Assembly (NCBI GenBank): GCA_029780115.1
Contig: JAKOZG010000004.1
Span: 248,607-312,606 of the forward strand
Origin: Thermotogota bacterium
GTDB lineage: Bacteria; Thermotogota; Thermotogae; Petrotogales; Petrotogaceae
Length of the DNA stretch: 64,000 bases
Direction of reading: 5' to 3'
The position numbers and the translations under genes were made by a program. The notes below the pieces were generated by a model. The model saw nothing but the letters and a program-made list of their open reading frames with translations, ran no database searches and was not told where the DNA came from. Each line of letters opens with the position of its first letter. The first letter of the stretch is position 1. Below, piece by piece: positions 59,336 to 64,000 of the stretch.

Positions 59336-59450
59336 CTCCTTATCTCTCAGAATTATTTCTGCAGGATTTGGCACCTTCGCATAATTTGATTTATGCAGGT
59401 TGCCGTGGCTTCATAGGGCCAGTCCCTCCACCACTCTTGATAAGGCGAAA
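59336..59450 (-). ncRNA. SAM-I (S-box) riboswitch aptamer in the metY-metA leader.
   Basis: Minus strand reads CTTATCAAGAGTGGTGGAGGGACTGGCCCTATGAAGCCACGGCAACC...GAAGGTGCCAAATCCTGCAGA...CTGAGAGATAAG. This is a near-textbook match to the S-box consensus, including the P1 helix CTTATC/GATAAG. It is a GC-rich island in AT-rich DNA. Confidence 0.9.
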
Positions 59451-59622
59451 ATTATTAAATTAGGAAAATTCTAACATAATTTATAATTTTTGTCAAGTCA
59501 ACTTATAAAATACGTAACAACTTAAAAAATGTTAACTTTATTTAGAAAAAGTGTTATTTTAAAATGTTATAATTACATAAAATTAATATTTCAGGTAATA
59601 TAAATGTGAAAGGAGTTTTATA

Positions 59623-60081
59623 ATGTCGTGGCTTATTCCGGTAATCATCTTTTTTGATCAGTTAACAAAAAAACTGGCAGAAACTTTTTTGATTCAAAGC
59701 CCTATAAAAATAGGTATATTTGAGTTGACTTACGTAGAGAATACTGGAGTAGCCTTTGGACTCTTTAGAGGGAAATCCTTTATACATGGAATTGTTGCAA
59801 CTATAATCGCTGTATTTCTATGTTTTTTTAGAGAAAAATATTTAAAAGCTAATCATGAATACAATTTTTCTTTTGATTTAGGGATCTGTTTTATAATCAG
59901 CGGAGCTTTGGGGAATATTTTTGATAGGATTAGATTAGGGTATGTAGTAGATATTATATCGTGGCATAATTTTTCAGTGTTCAACGTTGCAGACATTTTT
60001 ATAACGTGTGGTGGAATAGTCTTATTGTATCATTTAGTTCGGAGGAGTTTACATGGAAAAAATGATGTACAAAGTGAATAA
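59623..60081 (+). CDS. lspA: Lipoprotein signal peptidase (signal peptidase II).
   Basis: FDQLTKKLAETFL, NTGVAFGL and FNVADIFITCG conserved LspA motifs. Length 152 aa. Confidence 0.85.
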   Translation: MSWLIPVIIFFDQLTKKLAETFLIQSPIKIGIFELTYVENTGVAFGLFRGKSFIHGIVATIIAVFLCFFREKYLKANHEYNFSFDLGICFIISGALGNIFDRIRLGYVVDIISWHNFSVFNVADIFITCGGIVLLYHLVRRSLHGKNDVQSE

Positions 60082-61018
60082 AGTAGATGAACTGAAAAGA
60101 TTAGACATATTTGTTTTAGAAAAATGTCCTATAAAAGTTTCTAGAAGTATAATTCAAGAATTGATAAGAAATGGAGCGGTTACAGTTAATGGAGGTATGA
60201 AAAAGACACATTATCTTGTTAAAGATGGAGACGAAGTTATTATATATCTTGATGATTTAAAAAGATTAATTAACAATAATGAACAAGTATCCATATTGCC
60301 AGAGAATATTCCTTTGGATATTTTATATGAAGATAAAGATATAATAGTTATCAACAAACCAGCAGGCCTTTTAGTACATCCAACTAATAAAATTAGAAGT
60401 GGAACTTTAGTTAATGCGTTAATGTATCACATCGAAGGTTTTGACAAAATTGGGGATGATCCAAGCCGACCGGGTATAGTTCATAGACTTGATAAAGATA
60501 CTTCTGGAGTTTTAGTTGCAGCAAAAAACAATTATTCAAAAAGCAGTTTATCTGAACAATTTAAAGAAAGAAAAACAAAAAAGATATACTTAACCATTGT
60601 AAAAGGTTGTTTAAAAGAAAAAGAAGGTGAAATAGAGTTACCTTTAGGCAGGCATCCTACATTAAGGCAAAAAAGAGCAGTAGTTTTCAACGGAAAAGAA
60701 GCTGTAACTTTTTATAAAGTATTGAAAGAATTTGATGATCTAATATCCTTAGTTTGGGTACAACTCGAAACAGGGAGAACTCATCAAATAAGAGTTCATT
60801 TCAAACATATAGGGAACCCTGTTGTTGGTGACACTTTGTATGGGAAAAACAAATTTGAAAAGGATTTTGAAATTCCTATTGAAAGACAAATGCTGCATGC
60901 ATTGAAGCTTGGATTTTACCATCCTCGAAGCGGAAAATGGTTGGAGTTTTTAGCTCCTTTACCAAAAGATTTTAAAAGAGTTTTAATAAATTTTAGTGAT
61001 AACGTTGGGGGTCAGTAA
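60053..61018 (+). CDS. rluD: 23S rRNA pseudouridine synthase, RluA family (RluD-like), with N-terminal S4 domain.
   Basis: Catalytic motif HRLDKDTSGVLVAAKN. S4-like N-terminus. Overlaps lspA, as in the usual lspA-rluD arrangement. Confidence 0.85.
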   Translation: MEKMMYKVNKVDELKRLDIFVLEKCPIKVSRSIIQELIRNGAVTVNGGMKKTHYLVKDGDEVIIYLDDLKRLINNNEQVSILPENIPLDILYEDKDIIVINKPAGLLVHPTNKIRSGTLVNALMYHIEGFDKIGDDPSRPGIVHRLDKDTSGVLVAAKNNYSKSSLSEQFKERKTKKIYLTIVKGCLKEKEGEIELPLGRHPTLRQKRAVVFNGKEAVTFYKVLKEFDDLISLVWVQLETGRTHQIRVHFKHIGNPVVGDTLYGKNKFEKDFEIPIERQMLHALKLGFYHPRSGKWLEFLAPLPKDFKRVLINFSDNVGGQ

Positions 61019-63430
61019 TTGAAAATTTTAGGACCTGTAAAGACTTCAAAATCGATAGGTAAGTCTTATCTTCAAATAAAAGATCTTTTTGTTTTAGCCG
61101 AAAAACATGGATTTAATTGCATAGTTTTATCTGAATCTCACCCAAAATCATGGGTGAGGTTTATTAGTCTTTGTGAAAAATATAAAATCAAACCCGTTAT
61201 TTTGTATGAAACAAACCACAGAAAATTCCTTCTCAAAACTAATCAAGATATCAAACAAGCAATAATGTATTATAACAAATTGATTGACAATTTAAGCTTA
61301 AAGGAAGTAAGCTTAAATCTACCTTATGTGAGATATCCTGTTGAGGGATTAAAAAACATATTTAAAGACACTGAGTCGTTGTGTGTGAAAGAAGCATTAA
61401 AATATCAAAAGGATTTGTCTTTCCTAGGTTATGAAGATACTTATTATAATTTAAAAGAATACACTTTTAAAGAGTATCAGGTTAGAGGAAAAAGTTTATA
61501 CGATTATTTACAAGAAGATGAAATGACCGATATAGAGAAGGAAAGATTGGCTTATGAGTTAAACACTGTCAAAAAGTTGGGAGTAGAAAATTATATATTA
61601 ACGGTGAAGGAAATAGTAGATGCTGCAGCTAAAAAAGATATATTTATAGGCCCTGGAAGGGGATCAGCAGTAGGTTCTTTTTTGGTGTATAAATTAGGTA
61701 TAACAAAGGTTAATCCATTGAAATATGGATTATTATTTGAGAGATTTCTAAATGAATACAGGCATGAGTTGCCTGATATAGATATAGATGTGGATGCTGA
61801 AAAAAGGAATGAACTTATCGCTACGTTACAAGAAAATATGGGTTTTTACAACGTGGCTCAAATACGAACATATTCTACGATGAAAATCAAATCTGCTTTA
61901 AAAAAAAGTGAAGAATTACTTGGTTATACTGCTGATCTTAAACTCTCAGTTCCAATTAGAGACAAAGAAAATTTAAAAATGCTAGCAAATTTTTCCAACA
62001 AAGAAAAGATTTTTTTTATTTTAGCCTATTATTTAGAGGGCTTAGAAACTGCTGAGTCAACTCATGCTGCAGGCCTGGTTATTTCAGATGAAGATCTTAG
62101 AACCTTTGCACCTTTAGAAGAAAGAAATATACCAATAATTGAGTGGGAAATGTCAGATTTGAAAAATATAGGCGTTGAAAAATTTGATATTCTTTCATTA
62201 GATACCTTATCTTTTTTAAAAAGGTTAGAAGCAAAAGAAGAATATGAAAATTTAAATGAACCTTTAAATTATAAGTATCTTTCACTGGGTTTAACTAAGG
62301 GAATATTTCAATTAGATTCTAGACTGGGGAAAAAACTTTCAAAGAAAATTAAACCAAAAAATTTTGAAGAATTGGTATTGTTGCTAGCCATAAACAGACC
62401 CGGTCCACTTGAGTCAGGAATGCTAGAACAATATTTAGAGAATGCTGCTCCTCAATATTTGAGGGATATCTTTCCAGAAACAAAAGGTGTTTTGGTTTAT
62501 CAAGAACAGATCATGAAGCTATCACAAGTCTTAGGAGGATTTTCACCAGAAGAATCTGATTTATTAAGAAAAGCAATGTCAAAAAAAGAAAAAGAGAAAA
62601 TTCTAAAGTTCAAAGATAAATTTATAAATAACGCATCAAAGAAAATAGGTTATGCTCAAGCAAATTTGTTATTTTCCCAGCTAGAAAATTTTGCTCAATA
62701 TGCATTTAATAAATCCCACGCGGTTGCTTATGCACATATCTCATATTGGCTTATGGAAGTGAAGTTTAAAAACCCAAAAAAGTTTTTTTTGGAGTTAATT
62801 AAACTAAAGGGTTTAGACATAGATATAATTAATGAAGCCAAAATATTAGGGATAGAAGTAAGTTTGCCCGACATTAGATATCCGCATGGTCACATTGATA
62901 AATCACAAATTATTTTGCCACTATATAGTGTAAAAGGAATAGGGAAAAATATAGCCGACATTTTCATGGACTCTAATTTTCAAAGTTTAGAAGAGTTTTT
63001 TAATTTCTCTATATCCAAAAATCTTAACAGAAACATAGTTGAATTACTTATTAAATGTGGATCTTTAGATTATCTAGATAACAATAGAAAAAAGATTTTA
63101 AAAAATTTGTCAGAATTATTAAGGGGGAAAAACAAAGAACTTCAAGAAATTGGAAGGGTTTTGTTTGGAGAGAAAAAAGAAGAAACTTTTTCTGACGAAA
63201 TTATAACTGTTCTGGAAGATTACGCAAATTATGAAGTAGAGACTTTAGGCTTTCCTATCTCACTTTTAAAGCAAAAAGGATTATCTGATACTTTAATAAA
63301 AAAATATTTAAATAACGAGAAAATTGTTTTTAATGGTTATGCATTTCGTGAATTTTTGGTGGATAATTCTGCTATAATGTATACTAAAATATATAACAGA
63401 ACCCTGAAAAGAATAAAGAAGTTATTATAG
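61019..63430 (+). CDS. dnaE: Short DNA polymerase III alpha subunit (DnaE-type). The PHP N-terminus is degenerate and there is no C-terminal OB/tau-binding extension. TTG start.
   Basis: Pol III alpha palm/fingers motifs GPGRGSAVGSFLVYKLGIT, LLFERFLN, PDIDIDV, HAAGLVIS, KFDILSLDTL, NRPGPLESGM and NKSHAVAYAHISYW. Length 803 aa. Confidence 0.8.
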   Translation: MKILGPVKTSKSIGKSYLQIKDLFVLAEKHGFNCIVLSESHPKSWVRFISLCEKYKIKPVILYETNHRKFLLKTNQDIKQAIMYYNKLIDNLSLKEVSLNLPYVRYPVEGLKNIFKDTESLCVKEALKYQKDLSFLGYEDTYYNLKEYTFKEYQVRGKSLYDYLQEDEMTDIEKERLAYELNTVKKLGVENYILTVKEIVDAAAKKDIFIGPGRGSAVGSFLVYKLGITKVNPLKYGLLFERFLNEYRHELPDIDIDVDAEKRNELIATLQENMGFYNVAQIRTYSTMKIKSALKKSEELLGYTADLKLSVPIRDKENLKMLANFSNKEKIFFILAYYLEGLETAESTHAAGLVISDEDLRTFAPLEERNIPIIEWEMSDLKNIGVEKFDILSLDTLSFLKRLEAKEEYENLNEPLNYKYLSLGLTKGIFQLDSRLGKKLSKKIKPKNFEELVLLLAINRPGPLESGMLEQYLENAAPQYLRDIFPETKGVLVYQEQIMKLSQVLGGFSPEESDLLRKAMSKKEKEKILKFKDKFINNASKKIGYAQANLLFSQLENFAQYAFNKSHAVAYAHISYWLMEVKFKNPKKFFLELIKLKGLDIDIINEAKILGIEVSLPDIRYPHGHIDKSQIILPLYSVKGIGKNIADIFMDSNFQSLEEFFNFSISKNLNRNIVELLIKCGSLDYLDNNRKKILKNLSELLRGKNKELQEIGRVLFGEKKEETFSDEIITVLEDYANYEVETLGFPISLLKQKGLSDTLIKKYLNNEKIVFNGYAFREFLVDNSAIMYTKIYNRTLKRIKKLL

Positions 63431-63448
63431 CTTTAATAGAGGTGATAA

Positions 63449-64000
63449 ATGAAGATAAATATATTGTCCATAGCCCATAAATATCCAGGGCAGGGTGTAT
63501 ATTCTGCTACAGAAGACCACATGTATTTGCTTGAAAAGTATAGTGATTACGAGATATATCAAAATAAGTTGTTTGGAAAATATGATATCTTACATATTCA
63601 TACGATTAATCCAAAAAGCTTTTTCTCATTATTGTTCCATAAAAAAGAATCTTTTTGCGTTATAAGTGCTCATATTGTTCCAAATTCTTTAAAGGGTAGT
63701 TTAAAATTAAATAGATTTTGGCTATTTCTATTTAGAATATATCTCTGGAGTTTTTACAAAATTAGTGATGTTGTTTTAGCTGTAAGTGAAGAAACAAGAG
63801 AGGAACTTATAAATGATTTAAAAATTGAGCCAGAAAAAATTAAAGTGTTTCGAAATATTGTTAGAAAGGACCTGTTTTACACTAGTCAGAAAGATAAAGA
63901 ATCTAAAAAAAAATTTTTAAGAAAAAAATATGGTTATTCTGTAAATGATTTTGTGGTTTTAGGAGCTGGACAAATTCAACCTAGAAAAGGCATTAGAGAT
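63449..64000 (+). CDS. Glycosyltransferase family 4-like protein (N-terminal part; continues beyond the window).
   Basis: ORF open to the window end. SD GAGGTGA before the ATG. N-terminal GT4 N-domain-like sequence. Remained open for the 184 codons seen. Confidence 0.5.
   Translation, partial: MKINILSIAHKYPGQGVYSATEDHMYLLEKYSDYEIYQNKLFGKYDILHIHTINPKSFFSLLFHKKESFCVISAHIVPNSLKGSLKLNRFWLFLFRIYLWSFYKISDVVLAVSEETREELINDLKIEPEKIKVFRNIVRKDLFYTSQKDKESKKKFLRKKYGYSVNDFVVLGAGQIQPRKGIRD

Overview
This 64-kb window appears to be chromosomal DNA from a low-GC (about 30% GC) Thermotogae-like bacterium. The lineage call rests on three observations: a short DnaE of about 800 aa, a trimeric NuoE/NuoF-type [FeFe]-hydrogenase, and Opp-family transporters next to glycoside hydrolases. 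No rRNA, tRNA, CRISPR array, transposase or integrase was found.

Most of the window is housekeeping and metabolic genes:
- an MCP, proA-proC-purB, a LonC-type Lon-like protease, an M32 carboxypeptidase, alr, a YhaM-like RNase, topA, ddl, hslV and a Nudix gene;
- a complete oppABCDF-type operon plus an orphan oppB paralog;
- rarA, a GalE-like epimerase, two small methyltransferases, dprA, glgB, ispE and ltaE;
- a GntR/HutC regulator with a perfect operator palindrome, a split chrA pair and a DAG-kinase-like lipid kinase;
- a GH38 alpha-mannosidase, an EEP protein and a GH20 hexosaminidase;
- hydA, hydB, hydC and a separate thioredoxin-like-ferredoxin gene;
- two Gfo/Idh/MocA oxidoreductases;
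- a metY-metA operon behind a clear SAM-I riboswitch;
- lspA-rluD and a short DnaE, then a partial GT4 glycosyltransferase.

The features most worth a second look are:
- A conserved intergenic element of about 35-90 nt with a GGGCGG(C/T)AGCCC hairpin core, present four times and only in the hyd-gfo-met cluster. All copies share one orientation. One copy separates a split hydB, and two sit between the SAM-riboswitch terminator and metY.
- A secreted PplA-like protein with two FMN-binding domains and two flavinylation motifs, next to a flavoredoxin gene.
- A LonC-type protease with a degenerate Walker A motif.
- rluD and dnaE lying in one reading frame, separated by a single TAA.
- An HflK/SPFH gene fragment and an orphan oppB duplicate.
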